A DNA stretch of 64,000 nt from an uncultured Actinomycetota bacterium (GCA_963711055.1 CAVQCR010000013.1:1248-65247), one strand, 5' to 3'. Numbered from the stretch's first letter, positions 27,591 through 38,564 are shown. Numbers and translations: made by a program. The notes: generated by a model from the sequence alone, not told the origin.

Positions 27591-28731
27591 GTCGGCACTC
27601 GCTACTGCCGTCAGGCGCTGGTTTCGCTGACTCGGCCGCGGCCTCCGGCGGTAGTGCGAGGCCAGTCCCGGTCGGCATGGACAGCTCGGTGAAGACCGGA
27701 GGATCGAGGAACGACGCAGCTTGCGGAACCGGCCTACTCGTCTCGGCCAGCCTGCCGGGCGGTGCAGGCTCCGCCATCCCGGTCTCGGCTGCGGCGCCGG
27801 CACTGTCAGCGGCAAGGGTAACCCCGGCCGTGGCGTCGTCCGCCTTGTCCGCGGCGGCAGCGGCGAGCCAGCCGGCGCCGAGCGGCCTGGCACCGGTCCT
27901 GGCGGCGGTGGCGGCATCGGCGAGCAGCCTGGTCGCGGTAGCCGCATCCGGCCGGGCGCCCGGATCGCGGCTGAGCAGCGCGTCGATGACCGGACCGAGC
28001 GGGCCGGCGGATGGCGCGCGCGGCGCGTCCTCGTTCGCCACTCCGGCGCTGATCACCGACGATCCGCCAACCCGGTCGAAGGGCCCGCGGCCCTCGACGG
28101 CCGCGTACAGAGTTGCGCCGAGCGACCACAGGTCCGATGCCGGGGTCGCGATGTCGCCGCGGATCCGCTCGGGCGCGGTGAAGCCGGGGGTGCCGACGAC
28201 CATTCCGGCTTGCGTCATCGACGGGTCCCCGGCGAACGTGGCAATGCCGAAGTCAGTCAGCACTGCCCGGCCGTCCTTAGTGACCAGCACGTTACTGGGC
28301 TTGACGTCGCGGTGCAGTACCCCCGCAGCGTGCGCGGTGGACAGCGCGCTAACCAGGCTAGCGCCGAGCTCGGCGGCCTCCAGCGGGGGCAGCGGGCCGT
28401 CCTCGGTGATCACCCGGTCCAGCGACCGCGCCTCGACCAGCTCCATCACGATCCAGGGGTTGCCGTTCTCCTCGACGACGTCGAAGACCGTCACCACGCT
28501 GGGGTGGCTGAGCCTGGCGGCTGTCCTGGCCTCGCGCAGCGTGCGCTGATAGATAGCCTCAGCGTCGGCGGGCGCGGCGACCGCGCTGATCTGAACTTCC
28601 TTCACCGCGACATCTCGCGCGAGCAGCTCGTCGCGGCCGCGCCAGACGATGCCCATGGCACCGCGTCCTATCGGACCCTGCAGGCGATAGCGTCCGGCAA
28701 TCAACCGGCCGGTGCCCATTACCGAGTGCAT
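27514..28731 (-). CDS. Ser/Thr protein kinase (Hanks type), catalytic domain plus Ala/Pro-rich linker
   Basis: GRGAMGIVWRG...VAVKE, HRDVKPSNVLV, DFGIA, GTPGFTAPE. The apparent stop at 27514 lies in a low-complexity linker and overlaps the next reading frame. Confidence 0.9.
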   Translation of the reverse strand: MHSVMGTGRLIAGRYRLQGPIGRGAMGIVWRGRDELLARDVAVKEVQISAVAAPADAEAIYQRTLREARTAARLSHPSVVTVFDVVEENGNPWIVMELVEARSLDRVITEDGPLPPLEAAELGASLVSALSTAHAAGVLHRDVKPSNVLVTKDGRAVLTDFGIATFAGDPSMTQAGMVVGTPGFTAPERIRGDIATPASDLWSLGATLYAAVEGRGPFDRVGGSSVISAGVANEDAPRAPSAGPLGPVIDALLSRDPGARPDAATATRLLADAATAARTGARPLGAGWLAAAAADKADDATAGVTLAADSAGAAAETGMAEPAPPGRLAETSRPVPQAASFLDPPVFTELSMPTGTGLALPPEAAAESAKPAPDGSSECRPGRHGPGGRADTLAADRIGRRAGRC

Positions 28732-28840
28732 GGCGGGACCCTATCGAGAGCGACCACTCAGAGTTCTGAGAGGACGATGTGAGTTTCGACCGACGACAGT
28801 TTTGCCGACCACAGCGTAGCGTTCAGAAGTCCCGCTTTTG

Positions 28841-30280
28841 TTACTGTTGCCGCCTCGTCATCTCCAGGACGTCCAGTGCCTGGTCTAGCTGCTCCGCTGT
28901 GATCTTGCCGTTAGCCACGTGGCCGCGCGAGATGACCACGTCCTTGATCGTCTTGCCAGTTGCCAGCGCCTCGTGCGCGACCGCGGCCGCCGCCTCGTAG
29001 CCGATGAACCGGTTCAGTGCCGTCACGATCGCTGGCGAAGACTCGGCGTTACGCCGCAGCCGCTGCGCGTCCGCGGTGATCCCGGTCACGCAGTTGTCCG
29101 CCAGCGCCAGCGCCGCCGAGGAGAGCAGCGACAGAGACAACAGCAGGTTCCGCGCGATAACGGGCATCATCACATTGAGCTCGAAGTTGCCGGCCGCGCC
29201 GCCGAACGCCACCGCCGCGTCGTTGCCGATGACCTGGGCGCACACCTGGCATACGGCCTCGCAGATGACCGGGTTGACCTTGCCTGGCATGATCGACGAG
29301 CCCGGCTGCAGGTCGGGGATCCAGATCTCGGCCAGCCCGGTCCTCGGTCCCGATCCCATCAGCCGAAGGTCGTTGCAGATCTTGTACAGGCTGACAGCGA
29401 TGGTCCTGGTCACGCCGCTGGCTGCGACCAGGCCGTCGCGTCCGCCAGCCGCTTCAAAGTGATCCCGCGCCTCGGTCAGCGGCAGCCCCGTCTCCTCCGC
29501 CAGCCTGCTGATCACCGCTTCGGCGAAACGGAGCGGTGCGTTCAGCCCGGTACCGACTGCAGTCCCGCCAAGCGGCAACTCCGCGACGTCGGTCACCACG
29601 CCGGTGGCGCGCTCAGCGCCGTGCCGGACCGCGGCCGCGTAGCCGCCGAACTCCTGGCCGAGCGTAACCGGCGTGGCATCCATTAGGTGCGTCCGCCCGC
29701 TCTTGACAACCTCGGCAAACTCGAACGCCTTCTCGTCGAGCGCAGCGGCCAGGCGATCGAGTGCGGGCAGCAACGACCTGACGATCAGCTGGCCCGCGGC
29801 CAGGTGCATCGCCGAGGGGAACACATCGTTGGACGACTGCGACGCATTAACATGATCATTGGGGTGGACCGGCCGCCCGAGCCTGCGCGCGGCCAGCGTC
29901 GCGATGACCTCGTTCGCGTTCATGTTGGACGACGTGCCGGAACCGGTCTGGAACACATCAACCGGGAACTGGTCGTCGTAACGGCCGCCCGCTACCTCCG
30001 CCGCCGCGTCGTGAATCGCGGCCGCCATGTCCGCGGGCAGCACACCGAGTTCGCCGTTGACTACGGCAGCGGCGCCCTTGATCGAGGCAAGCGCGCCGAT
30101 CAGGTCGCGGGACAGCCGCTCGCCGGAGATCTGGAAGTTCTGCACGGCCCGCTGCGTCTGCGCCCCCCACAGCGCATCGGCGGGAACGGCTACCTCGCCC
30201 ATCGAGTCGTGCTCCATTCGGACCGTCGGGCGGACACCCTCCGACGACCCCCCGGACGGGCCGGCCTGCGCGTCTGTCAT
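28841..30280 (-). CDS. fumC: Class II fumarate hydratase
   Basis: [36 protein letters not shown] and the signature [11 protein letters not shown]. Confidence 0.9.
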   Translation of the reverse strand: MTDAQAGPSGGSSEGVRPTVRMEHDSMGEVAVPADALWGAQTQRAVQNFQISGERLSRDLIGALASIKGAAAVVNGELGVLPADMAAAIHDAAAEVAGGRYDDQFPVDVFQTGSGTSSNMNANEVIATLAARRLGRPVHPNDHVNASQSSNDVFPSAMHLAAGQLIVRSLLPALDRLAAALDEKAFEFAEVVKSGRTHLMDATPVTLGQEFGGYAAAVRHGAERATGVVTDVAELPLGGTAVGTGLNAPLRFAEAVISRLAEETGLPLTEARDHFEAAGGRDGLVAASGVTRTIAVSLYKICNDLRLMGSGPRTGLAEIWIPDLQPGSSIMPGKVNPVICEAVCQVCAQVIGNDAAVAFGGAAGNFELNVMMPVIARNLLLSLSLLSSAALALADNCVTGITADAQRLRRNAESSPAIVTALNRFIGYEAAAAVAHEALATGKTIKDVVISRGHVANGKITAEQLDQALDVLEMTRRQQ

Positions 30281-30286
30281 CGGGAT

Positions 30287-31942
30287 TCAGTTCGGTCCGG
30301 AGCCGATTGTCAGCAGCGGGCTTTTCGGCGCGGTCACATCGGCGAAGAAATCGTTGCCCTTGTCATCGACCACGATGAACGCGGGGAAGTCACGCACCTC
30401 GATCCGCCAGACCGCCTCCATGCCGAGCTCGGGATACTCGAGCACCTCGACCTTGGTGATGCAGTCTTGCGCCAGCCGCGCTGCAGCGCCGCCGATCGAG
30501 CCGAGATAGAAGCCACCGTGCTGCTTGCAGGCCGCGGTGACCGCGGCTGACCGGTTGCCCTTGGCCAGCATCACCAGCGAGCCGCCTGCAGCCTGGAACC
30601 TATCCACGTAGGAGTCCATCCGGCCCGCCGTGGTCGGGCCGAACGACCCGGACGCGTAGCCCTCCGGAGTCTTGGCCGGTCCCGCGTAGTAGACAGCGTG
30701 GTCACGCAGGTAGCCGGGCATCGGCTGGCCCGCGTCGAGCAGCTCACTGATCTTGGCGTGGGCGATATCGCGCGCCACCACCATCGGTCCTGTCAGCGCC
30801 AGCCTGGTCCTGACCGGGTAACGGGAAAGCTCGGCGCGGATCTCGGCCATCGGCAGCGACAGGTCAATCTTGACGACGTCGCCGTCGAGTTCCGACCCGG
30901 CCGCATCCGGAAGATACTGCGCGGGGTCAGTCTCGAGTTGCTCAAGGAAGACCCCGTTACCCGAAATCTTGGCTTTTGCTTGCCTATCCGCTGAACACGA
31001 CACCGCGATCGCTACCGGACACGATGCGCCGTGCCGGGGGAGCCTGATTACCCGCACGTCGTGGCAGAAGTACTTGCCGCCGAACTGGGCGCCGATGCCG
31101 GCCTTGCGCGTGATTTCGAGCACCTGCTGCTCAAGCTCACGGTCGCGGAAGCCGTGCGCGTCCATCGAGCCGGCGGCCGGGATCGCGTCGAGATACTTGG
31201 CTGAGGCGTACTTGGCCGTCTTCAGCGCGTACTCAGCGCTCGTTCCGCCAACCACGATTGCCAGGTGATACGGCGGGCAGGCGGCGGTGCCGAGCGACCT
31301 GATCTTCTCTTCGAGGAAGGCGGCCATCCGGGCGGGATTGAGCACTGCCTTGGTCTCCTGGTAGAGGTACGACTTGTTGGCCGAGCCGCCGCCCTTGGCC
31401 ATGAACAGGAACTTGTACTCGTTCCCGCCGGTGGCGTACAGCTCGATCTGGGCCGGGAGGTTAGTGCCGGTGTTCCGCTCGTCCCACATCGTGAGCGGAG
31501 CGAGCTGGGAGTAGCGCAGGTTCAGCGTTGTGTAAGCGTCGTATACACCGCGAGCGATGTGCTCCTCGTCGCGGCCGTCGGTCAGCACCTGCTGACCGCG
31601 CTTGCCCATGACGATGGCGGTGCCAGTGTCCTGGCACATCGGCAGGATCCCGCCGGCCGCGATGCACGCGTTCATGAGCAGGTCGCGGGCGACGAACTTG
31701 TCGTTCGGCGATGCCTCCGGGTCGTCCAGGATGACGCGAAGCTGCCTGAGGTGAGCGGGCCGGAGCAGGTGTGCGATGTCGTGCATGGCCGCCGCGGTGA
31801 GGCGGGTCAGCACCTCGGGCTCGACCTGGATGAACTGCCGCCCGAGCGCCTGCTGCACGGTAATCCCGTCGGCGGTGAGCAACCGGTACTCGGTGTCGTC
31901 TGCCGCGGTTGGCAGCATGTCGGTGTAGGAGAACTCGGGCAT
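30287..31942 (-). CDS. Class I (Fe-S) fumarate hydratase, fused alpha/beta type
   Basis: [26 protein letters not shown] and a C-terminal beta domain (GPTTAGRMD). 551 aa. Confidence 0.92.
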   Translation of the reverse strand: MPEFSYTDMLPTAADDTEYRLLTADGITVQQALGRQFIQVEPEVLTRLTAAAMHDIAHLLRPAHLRQLRVILDDPEASPNDKFVARDLLMNACIAAGGILPMCQDTGTAIVMGKRGQQVLTDGRDEEHIARGVYDAYTTLNLRYSQLAPLTMWDERNTGTNLPAQIELYATGGNEYKFLFMAKGGGSANKSYLYQETKAVLNPARMAAFLEEKIRSLGTAACPPYHLAIVVGGTSAEYALKTAKYASAKYLDAIPAAGSMDAHGFRDRELEQQVLEITRKAGIGAQFGGKYFCHDVRVIRLPRHGASCPVAIAVSCSADRQAKAKISGNGVFLEQLETDPAQYLPDAAGSELDGDVVKIDLSLPMAEIRAELSRYPVRTRLALTGPMVVARDIAHAKISELLDAGQPMPGYLRDHAVYYAGPAKTPEGYASGSFGPTTAGRMDSYVDRFQAAGGSLVMLAKGNRSAAVTAACKQHGGFYLGSIGGAAARLAQDCITKVEVLEYPELGMEAVWRIEVRDFPAFIVVDDKGNDFFADVTAPKSPLLTIGSGPN

Positions 31943-32012
31943 TGGGACACATCCTCGTGGCCGGCCGTTGACCCTCTCATCGTATTTCGCAGCCGGACAG
32001 GTCCGTGCCGGG

Positions 32013-32615
32013 CTAGGTCCGGTCGGGCTTCGCCCTGGCAGCGGGTCCTAGGGGCCAGCGGCCGATGCCGGCGGCGCTACCCGGCTCGCTTCCTGCAGCG
32101 GGCCGGCCGAAGATGAACGCGGTGATCAGGGCAGCGGCTGCGGCCGCAACCGCGATGAACCCGCCGTAGCTCCAGCTGACCGAGACCGAAAGGTGGACGA
32201 CGATTTGCGAAAAGAAGTGCGGGATTGTTTGCGCGTAGCCAGGCGGCTTGGTCGCGACGGCGAGCAGGGCTAGGGCCAGGGCCAGGCCCGAGGTACCGAC
32301 CAGTAGTTGCCCGCCGCTGGGCAGGTTGCCGGGAACTCTTGCGATAGCGTCGCGCGCTACGAGCACGATCAGCCCCATGAGGGCCAGCGCGAACACGGCC
32401 CAGAGATAACTGTGCGCATCCGGTCCGTCAACGTAGTGGCTGGCCATGACTGAGTTCAACCGCGTCGTCCCACTGAACCAGGGCAGGAACAACGAGATGA
32501 CGAGGACCACCAGCGCCAGGCCGATAGCAGTGTCGCTGCGGTCCCAGCGCCGCACGGTTGCCCCAGCGGCTGGCGGAGGCGGGGAGAATTCGTAGTCGGC
32601 TGGTCCGCTGGCCAT
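32013..32615 (-). CDS. Membrane protein of unknown function
   Basis: Start trimmed to [10 protein letters not shown] (ATG at 32615). About 5 hydrophobic segments. Confidence 0.6.
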   Translation of the reverse strand: MASGPADYEFSPPPPAAGATVRRWDRSDTAIGLALVVLVISLFLPWFSGTTRLNSVMASHYVDGPDAHSYLWAVFALALMGLIVLVARDAIARVPGNLPSGGQLLVGTSGLALALALLAVATKPPGYAQTIPHFFSQIVVHLSVSVSWSYGGFIAVAAAAAALITAFIFGRPAAGSEPGSAAGIGRWPLGPAARAKPDRT

Positions 32616-32885
32616 TGGGTCTCCCGAGTCCGGTGATATCGGGGCAATCCTAGCGTTCTGCGCCTCGGTGCGCTGCCCACGCGGACCCTGTCGGGTGGCA
32701 GCGACCAGCGAAATGCGGGCCGTCAGACCACCTTCCACCGATCTCGGCGACTTGGCTCGCGCGTTCGCCCGATTTGTAGAGGCCGAAATCGGTGGAAGGT
32801 CAGCTGTGCCAAGCTCAGAAGCATGCGGGCGGACCCTGTTCGGGTCCGCCCGCATGCCGCAAGGCGCGATCTTGCTGCCGGTCGG

Positions 32886-34417
32886 CTAGTCGGTGACCGG
32901 ACTGGCGACTGCCGCGGCGGCGGGCTGCCGAACGCGGATGACGACCGTGATCACGATCAGGGCCACCAGGTCGAAGATCGCCGCCGCTGTGAACGACGCG
33001 GCCATCCCGTGCACCCGGGCATGCGCCAGCTGGGCACCCGCGCTGGCGCCGGCCAGCGGGTGAGACGCGGCTGCCCGGCTTGCCGTGCCGAAGATCGTGA
33101 CCAGAATGGCCAGCCCGAGCGCGCCGCCCACCTGCTGCATGACGTTGACCATGCTGGCGGCCGCGCCTGACTCCTTCGGCGGCACGCCGGCCAGCGATGC
33201 CATCGTGAGCGGCACGAATACGATGCCCATGCCAGTACCGAGCATCAGCATCGGGATCAGGACGCCGGGGAAGTAGCTCGTGCCCGTGGTCAGCTGGCCA
33301 AGCCAGGCCATCCCGGCGACCACTGGTAGCAGGCCGGTGATCATCAGCGGCTTAGGCCCGAACCTCCCCACGAGCCTCGGAGCCAGCCGCGATGTCGCGA
33401 ACAAGGCGCCTGTCATCGGGACGAAGGAAACGCCGGCCTTGAGCGGGCTGAAGCCAAGCACTTCCTGGACGAACTGGCTGAGGAAGAAGAACGACCCGAA
33501 CATCCCGCCGACGAGGAGCAGCCGAGCCAGGTAGGACGCCGACCGGCTGCGATCACGGAGCAGCCAGAGCGGCGTAATCGGCTCACTCGTCCTGGTCTCG
33601 TTCAGCAGGAACAGGCTCAGCAGGACGGCGGCGGCCGCAAACGATCCCAGCGTGCCCACGCTTGACCAGCCGGCCGTGGCAGCGTTGATGAAGGCGTAGA
33701 CCAGGGCCGACATTCCGGCCGTCGAGGTGAGGGCGCCGAGGGCATCGAAGCGTCCCCGCTGACCGTGGGAACGGGCCAGCAATCGTGGCGTGGCGGCCAG
33801 CACGGCGATGCCGATCGGCACGTTGATAAAGAAGACCCAGCGCCACGACGCCCATTGGGTGATCATGCCGCCGAGTACCAGGCCTAGTGATGATCCGCCC
33901 ATGGTGACTGCGGTGAAGATGCTCAGGGCGCGGACTCGTTCCCGGCCCTCAGGAAAGCTCGTGACGATGGCCGCGAGGACGGCAGGTGAGGCAATGGCGC
34001 CACCGACACCCTGGATTGCGCGGGCGGCCAGCAGGGTGGCGGCTGATGTCGCCAGGCCGCCAGCGAGCGACGCGACGGTGAAGATAGCGAGCCCGGCCAT
34101 GAAGGCTTGCCGCCGGCCAAGTATGTCGCCGGCCGGCCGCCTAGGAGCAGCAGGCCGCCGAAGGTCAGCGCATAGGCGTTGAGCACCCAGGACAGGCTCG
34201 TGGCGGACAGGTGCAGGCCAGCCGCCATAGACGGAAGCGCGACGTTCACGACCGTCATGTCCAGCACGATCATGAGCTGGGCGCAGAGCACAACCGCGAG
34301 AGTGATATTGCGCCGGTCGCGGGAGTGGCGCGATTCTGGATGGTGCGCCTGCACCGCGACAGCCTGACCGGCTGTTGCGGGCGGAGCTTCGATTGAAGTG
34401 CGAGCAGGAGAAGGCAT
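32886..34417 (-). pseudogene. MFS transporter (DHA2/EmrB-like, 14-TMS type) with one frameshift at 34127-34141
   Basis: N-terminal part MPSPART...LCAQLMIVLDMTVVNVALPSMAAGL...LTFGGLLLLGGR in one frame. Continues AGDILGRRQAFMAGLAIF... in the main ORF. The slip lies in GGCCGGCCGG. SD GGAAGGA precedes the ATG at 34417. Confidence 0.8.
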
Positions 34418-34592
34418 GGTTCCTTCCAGGAACGTTTCGTGTACGGCATGCGCAGGCGGACGGACTGCGTACTCGTGGGAGCTCGCCGGTGGCGCTGATG
34501 GCTGCGGTGCCGCGCACGGCGGCACTGCTTACCCCGATCCAGGCCGCGTGGTGAGCGCTCGCCTTTGCGGCCTGGTTGAGCTATGCTCAATT

Positions 34593-34631
34593 CGGAGGCT
34601 CCCTCCGATAACTATACGGAGGATCCCTCCG
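34593..34631. promoter_or_regulatory. Two copies of the palindrome CGGAGG-N3-CCTCCG, 24 bp centre to centre; candidate TetR operators
   Basis: CGGAGGCTCCCTCCG at 34593-34607 and CGGAGGATCCCTCCG at 34617-34631, in the divergent MFS/TetR intergenic region. Confidence 0.55.
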
Positions 34632-34661
34632 CTTTGCAAACTCGAAATGCAGGAGTCTGTG

Positions 34662-35267
34662 ATGGGCGCTACCGGGCCGGTCAGCCAGGCCGGGCCGCCG
34701 ATGCGGGCAGACGCGCGCCGGAACTACGACCGGCTGCTGGCCACGGCTGCCGCGGCATTCGCCGAGCACGGTGCTGACGACGTCTCGCTGGAGGAAATCG
34801 CCCGGCGGGCCGGAGTTGGCATCGGCACGCTGTACCGGCACTTTCCCGTGCGCCAGGCATTGCTTGAAGCGGTCTACAAAGACCAGGTCGATGGACTCGA
34901 GGTGCTGGCCGGCAAGCTGCTCGCGGCGGAGTCGCCGGCCGATGCGCTGGCCCAGTGGATGCGCGCGTTCGCTGCGTTCGGCCGGACCAAGCGAAGCCTC
35001 AGCAGCGCGCTTGTTGCCACTATCGGCAAGGACTCAGAGCTCTTGTCCGCCTGCAGCGCTACCCTGCGTAGCTGCACCGATATGTTGCTTGACCGCGCGA
35101 AGCAGGCTGGCCTTGTCCGCGAGGATGTGCGATCAGGTGATGTCCTGCGGCTAAGTCACGGACTGATCCTCGCGACCGACGCCGCGCCGACTGATCCGGA
35201 TCAGGCTGACCGCCTGATCGGCTTGCTCGTCGACGGCCTGCTGGCGGGCGGATCCAGTCCACGCTGA
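34662..35267 (+). CDS. TetR family transcriptional regulator divergent from the MFS gene
   Basis: HTH VSLEEIARRAGVGIGTLYRHFPVRQALL. ATG at 34662, 6 nt after AGGAG. Confidence 0.9.
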   Translation: MGATGPVSQAGPPMRADARRNYDRLLATAAAAFAEHGADDVSLEEIARRAGVGIGTLYRHFPVRQALLEAVYKDQVDGLEVLAGKLLAAESPADALAQWMRAFAAFGRTKRSLSSALVATIGKDSELLSACSATLRSCTDMLLDRAKQAGLVREDVRSGDVLRLSHGLILATDAAPTDPDQADRLIGLLVDGLLAGGSSPR

Positions 35268-35453
35268 CAACGCCCGCGACGGTCCTGCCGGGTCTGTGTG
35301 GGTCGTCTCTGGTGCGCGTGCGTAGTCGGACCTGGATACGCGTGCTTGCGCCGCGTTGTCGCGGGTAGCAACCAGGGGCTGGGTCGCCGGCTCTCGGTCG
35401 CGTTGCCGCCGCGGTGGCCGGCCGCCGCACTAGCCGAGGTGAGGACGATAAAC

Positions 35454-35732
35454 GTGAGCAGCATCAACGAGCAAGGCATCAGCCGTAAGCAGCAGTTAAT
35501 CCCCGAGCAACTGAGTTCTGAAGTGCGCGGAGCTGTCGACATCGATGAGGCAAGGCGGCAGTTGGAACTTGCCGCTCATGACGTTGCCGTGGCTTCCAGT
35601 TGCATCGGCCTGGGCGACCTGGACAGGGCGCACACCAGCGTGATCACGGCCCGTGCCGAAGTCGACGCAGCGGAGAACATCCTGAGGGTCGCCTTGAACG
35701 CAACGAGCGCCGTCCAGCCGGACGCCAGGTAG
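35454..35732 (+). CDS. Small helical hypothetical protein (92 aa)
   Basis: GTG after GAGGTGAGGA. No recognisable motif. Coding status uncertain. Confidence 0.35.
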   Translation: MSSINEQGISRKQQLIPEQLSSEVRGAVDIDEARRQLELAAHDVAVASSCIGLGDLDRAHTSVITARAEVDAAENILRVALNATSAVQPDAR

Positions 35733-35835
35733 TGCCGCGATGACAAGCTGCAGCCGACGCGGTTGACCTCGGTCAGGCGGCAGCGCAGCCGTGAAATCCT
35801 CGGGGATGACGTCATCGCCGGGGTTCACGCGATTA

Positions 35836-35850
35836 GTGTGTGACACACAC
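35836..35850. promoter_or_regulatory. Inverted repeat GTGTGTG-a-CACACAC flanked by direct ATTAG; candidate operator
   Basis: Read directly. Lies 33 nt upstream of the ATG at 35883, in the operon that also encodes a MarR-type regulator. Confidence 0.4.
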
Positions 35851-35882
35851 ATTAGATTGTTGTGGTAGGAGGAGTGGAGCCC

Positions 35883-36278
35883 ATGGCACAGGCAGCTGGC
35901 TCGTTTACCGTCGCTTCCTGGGACGAGAACACGTATCAGGAGCTCAGCGACAACGGAAAGCTAACCAAGGCGACCGTCACGTTTGCCTTGACCGGTGATC
36001 TCAGTGGCAATGCGACCTGGGACGCGGTGATGTGTTACAGGCCAGACGGCACGGCGATCTATACAGGCATGCAGCGGGTGGACGGCCAGCTCGCCGGGGT
36101 CGACGGCAGTTTCGTCGTCCGGGCCGACGGCGACTTCGTCAACGGCGAAGCGCGGTCACGCTGGCACATCATCGAGGGCTCAGGCACGGGTGGTTTGTCC
36201 GGCTTGACTGGCAACGGTTCGGCTGTCGCCACCGCCGAGCCGCCCGGCCATTTCACTCTCGACTACGACTTTGGCTGA
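35883..36278 (+). CDS. DUF3224 domain protein
   Basis: SFTVASWDENTY...ATVTFALTGDLSG...IIEGSGTGGLSGLTGNG pattern. ATG after GGTAGGAGGAG. Confidence 0.8.
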   Translation: MAQAAGSFTVASWDENTYQELSDNGKLTKATVTFALTGDLSGNATWDAVMCYRPDGTAIYTGMQRVDGQLAGVDGSFVVRADGDFVNGEARSRWHIIEGSGTGGLSGLTGNGSAVATAEPPGHFTLDYDFG

Positions 36279-36852
36279 CCGTAGCGCGCACGTCCAGCAG
36301 GTCCAGCACGTCAGTCTCGACCGGCCCGCCAACGTGTTCGGCGCGCTTGCGCTGGTCGTCTCGGACCAGGTAGCCGACGCGACCGCTGCGGCGGCAGGGC
36401 GGTCCGAATCGGCGCCTGCCGCGCTGGCCGCCTTGCTCCACTTCCTCGATCGCCCCTCGGTCGACCTGCTTCGGCAGGTGCTCGGCCTGACCTCGTCGGG
36501 AACCGTCAGGTTGCTCGACCGGCTGGCCGAGGCTGGCTTGATCGAGCGCTTGGCGGCGGAGGACCGGCGGTCCACGGCTATCGTGCTGACCGAGGCAGGC
36601 AAGGCAGTGGCCGAGGACGTCTGCCGCGCCCGCGCCAGAGTGCTCGACCGCGCGCTAGCTGCGCTCGCCCCGGCCGAGCGCGCGGACTTCGAGCGGCTTG
36701 TGGGCAAAATGCTTGTCGGCATGATGCGGGGTCCGGGTGCGGTGCGCTGGATCTGCCGCCTCTGCGACACCGGCATTTGCCGCGGCGCATCAGGTGGCTG
36801 CCCGGTTGGCAACGCGGCCCTGGTCCGCTACGCGGGGGTCGCGCCTACCTAG
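36271..36852 (+). CDS. MarR-type winged-helix regulator with a Cys-rich C-terminal tail; start uncertain
   Basis: LGLTSSGTVRLLDRLAEAGLIERLAAEDRRSTAIVLTEAGKAV. Tail WICRLCDTGICRGASGGCPVGN. Confidence 0.75.
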   Translation: MADRSAHVQQVQHVSLDRPANVFGALALVVSDQVADATAAAAGRSESAPAALAALLHFLDRPSVDLLRQVLGLTSSGTVRLLDRLAEAGLIERLAAEDRRSTAIVLTEAGKAVAEDVCRARARVLDRALAALAPAERADFERLVGKMLVGMMRGPGAVRWICRLCDTGICRGASGGCPVGNAALVRYAGVAPT

Positions 36853-37609
36853 CCAGCCGCGGCAGCAGCGCGGCGGCAGCGGTCACGCCCACCACGGTGG
36901 CCGCCACGAGCACCGTCAGATCTAGGCCGAGATGAGCTGGCGTGCCGATCAACAGCCCGCGCAAGGCATCGACCTCGTACGATAGCGGGTTGCATCTGCT
37001 GATCACCTGGAGCCAGCCTGGCATGATCCGCTCCGGGTACAGCGCGCTGGAGCTGAAGAACAACGGCATGGTGATGGCCTGCCCGATCCCCATCAGCCGG
37101 TCTCTCGACAGTGCCAGCCCGGCGATCGTCATGGACAGGCAGGAGAAGAATGCCGAGCCGAGCACCACGACGGCAGCAGCCCCGAGCAGCTTCAGCGGAT
37201 TGTCAGTCAGCGCGACGCCGAGGATCGCGGACAAGATCACTACCACCGTCGCCTGCACCACCGACCGGACGCCGGCGGCGAACGCCTTCCCGGTGATGAG
37301 CGCCGACCGCGGGGTCGGGGTGACCATGAGCTTGGTCAGCACGCCGGCGTCGCGTTCCCAGATGATCTGGATGCCATAGAAGATCGCGATGAACAGCGCC
37401 GACTGGGCCAGGATGCCCGGCGCCAGGAAGGCCAGGTACGGGATGCCGCCCGGCGTCGGAATCGCATGGATCTTGGTAAAGACCTCGCCGTAAATCAGCA
37501 GCCAGAGTGCTGGCTGGATGGCCCTGGTGTACAACTCGGTCCGGTCATGCCGGATCTTGCGCAGCTCAACCCAGCACAGGGTGAGGATGCGGCTCGCCAG
37601 CCGCCGCAT
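36845..37609 (-). CDS. ABC-2 type (DrrB-like) transporter permease; the start could be GTG at 37645
   Basis: Six hydrophobic segments, directly downstream of a DrrA-like ATPase. Confidence 0.8.
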   Translation of the reverse strand: MRRLASRILTLCWVELRKIRHDRTELYTRAIQPALWLLIYGEVFTKIHAIPTPGGIPYLAFLAPGILAQSALFIAIFYGIQIIWERDAGVLTKLMVTPTPRSALITGKAFAAGVRSVVQATVVVILSAILGVALTDNPLKLLGAAAVVVLGSAFFSCLSMTIAGLALSRDRLMGIGQAITMPLFFSSSALYPERIMPGWLQVISRCNPLSYEVDALRGLLIGTPAHLGLDLTVLVAATVVGVTAAAALLPRLAR

Positions 37610-37679
37610 GACGGCAGCCGGGGTGTCGGCCGACGGCAGCAGCACGGCCGAGAAGTCAGCGGGTCCGCGAACAGCGTTC

Positions 37680-38564
37680 TCAGCCGAGACGGCGGGCGGT
37701 ACGCCTGGCGCGGCGGACGTCACGGATGCCTCCTGATTCTGCGTCTCCGGCAAGAGCGCCACCGGTGTAGTGGCGGAAGACGTCGTCGAGCGTTGCGCTC
37801 TCGCTCAGCATCGCCTTAAGCAGGCCGGGCGAGCCGGTAGCGCGAATGGACCCCGCGTGCATGAGCGCTATCCGGTCGCAGTAGGTGTCGGCTTCGTCCA
37901 TGTAGTGCGTGGTCATCAGCACGGTCATGGCCGCCGCCTGGCGCAGACTGGCGATGTGCTCCCATACATCGGTACGCGCGATGGGGTCGAGGCCGACGGT
38001 CGGCTCATCGAGCACGAGCAACCTGGGGGAGTTGACCAGCGCCTGCGCGAGCTCGAGCCGCCGGATCATGCCTCCGGAGTAGGTCTTGACCAGCCGCCCG
38101 GCCGGCTCGGTCAGCCCCATGGCAGCCAGCGCGCCGTCCACACGCTCGCGGCGGACGGCCCGCGGCACATCAAACAGGCGCGCGAACAGCTCGACGTTCT
38201 CCCGCCCGGTGAGCGTGGCATCGGCTGACAACAATTGGGGAACGTAGCCGATCATCCGGCGCACTAGCATCGGGCGCGCGGCCGTGTCGACACCGAACAC
38301 GCTGATGGCCCCGGCCATCGGCGTGAGCAGCGTAGTCAGCATGCGGATTGTCGTTGTCTTGCCCGCCCCGTTCGGGCCAAGCAGCCCGAACGTCTCGCCG
38401 GGCTCGATGCGCAGATCCACGTGGTCGACGGCGGTGTGTGAGCCGAACCGGTAGGTGAGGCCCGAGCAGACGACGGCGCTGCCCGCGAACTCTGGTCGCG
38501 CGGCCGCCGGGGCCGGGCCGCCCGTGGTGCCAGGCAACACCGTGGTGTCAGGCAGCTCGGTCAA
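37680..38564 (-). CDS. ABC transporter ATP-binding protein (DrrA/daunorubicin-resistance-like)
   Basis: GPNGAGKTTT, YSGGMIRRLELAQAL, LLVLDEPTVGLDP, TTHYMDEAD. Confidence 0.9.
   Translation of the reverse strand: MTELPDTTVLPGTTGGPAPAAARPEFAGSAVVCSGLTYRFGSHTAVDHVDLRIEPGETFGLLGPNGAGKTTTIRMLTTLLTPMAGAISVFGVDTAARPMLVRRMIGYVPQLLSADATLTGRENVELFARLFDVPRAVRRERVDGALAAMGLTEPAGRLVKTYSGGMIRRLELAQALVNSPRLLVLDEPTVGLDPIARTDVWEHIASLRQAAAMTVLMTTHYMDEADTYCDRIALMHAGSIRATGSPGLLKAMLSESATLDDVFRHYTGGALAGDAESGGIRDVRRARRTARRLG

Noticed and set aside
26835-27947. 370-aa ORF overlapping the kinase and its downstream region
   Set aside because: Only its central part (the GGSGQ repeat and TM helix, about 27590-27260) looks like real protein. 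The flanks are low-complexity antisense-like sequence. I treated it as one frame segment of a frameshifted gene and not as an independent CDS.
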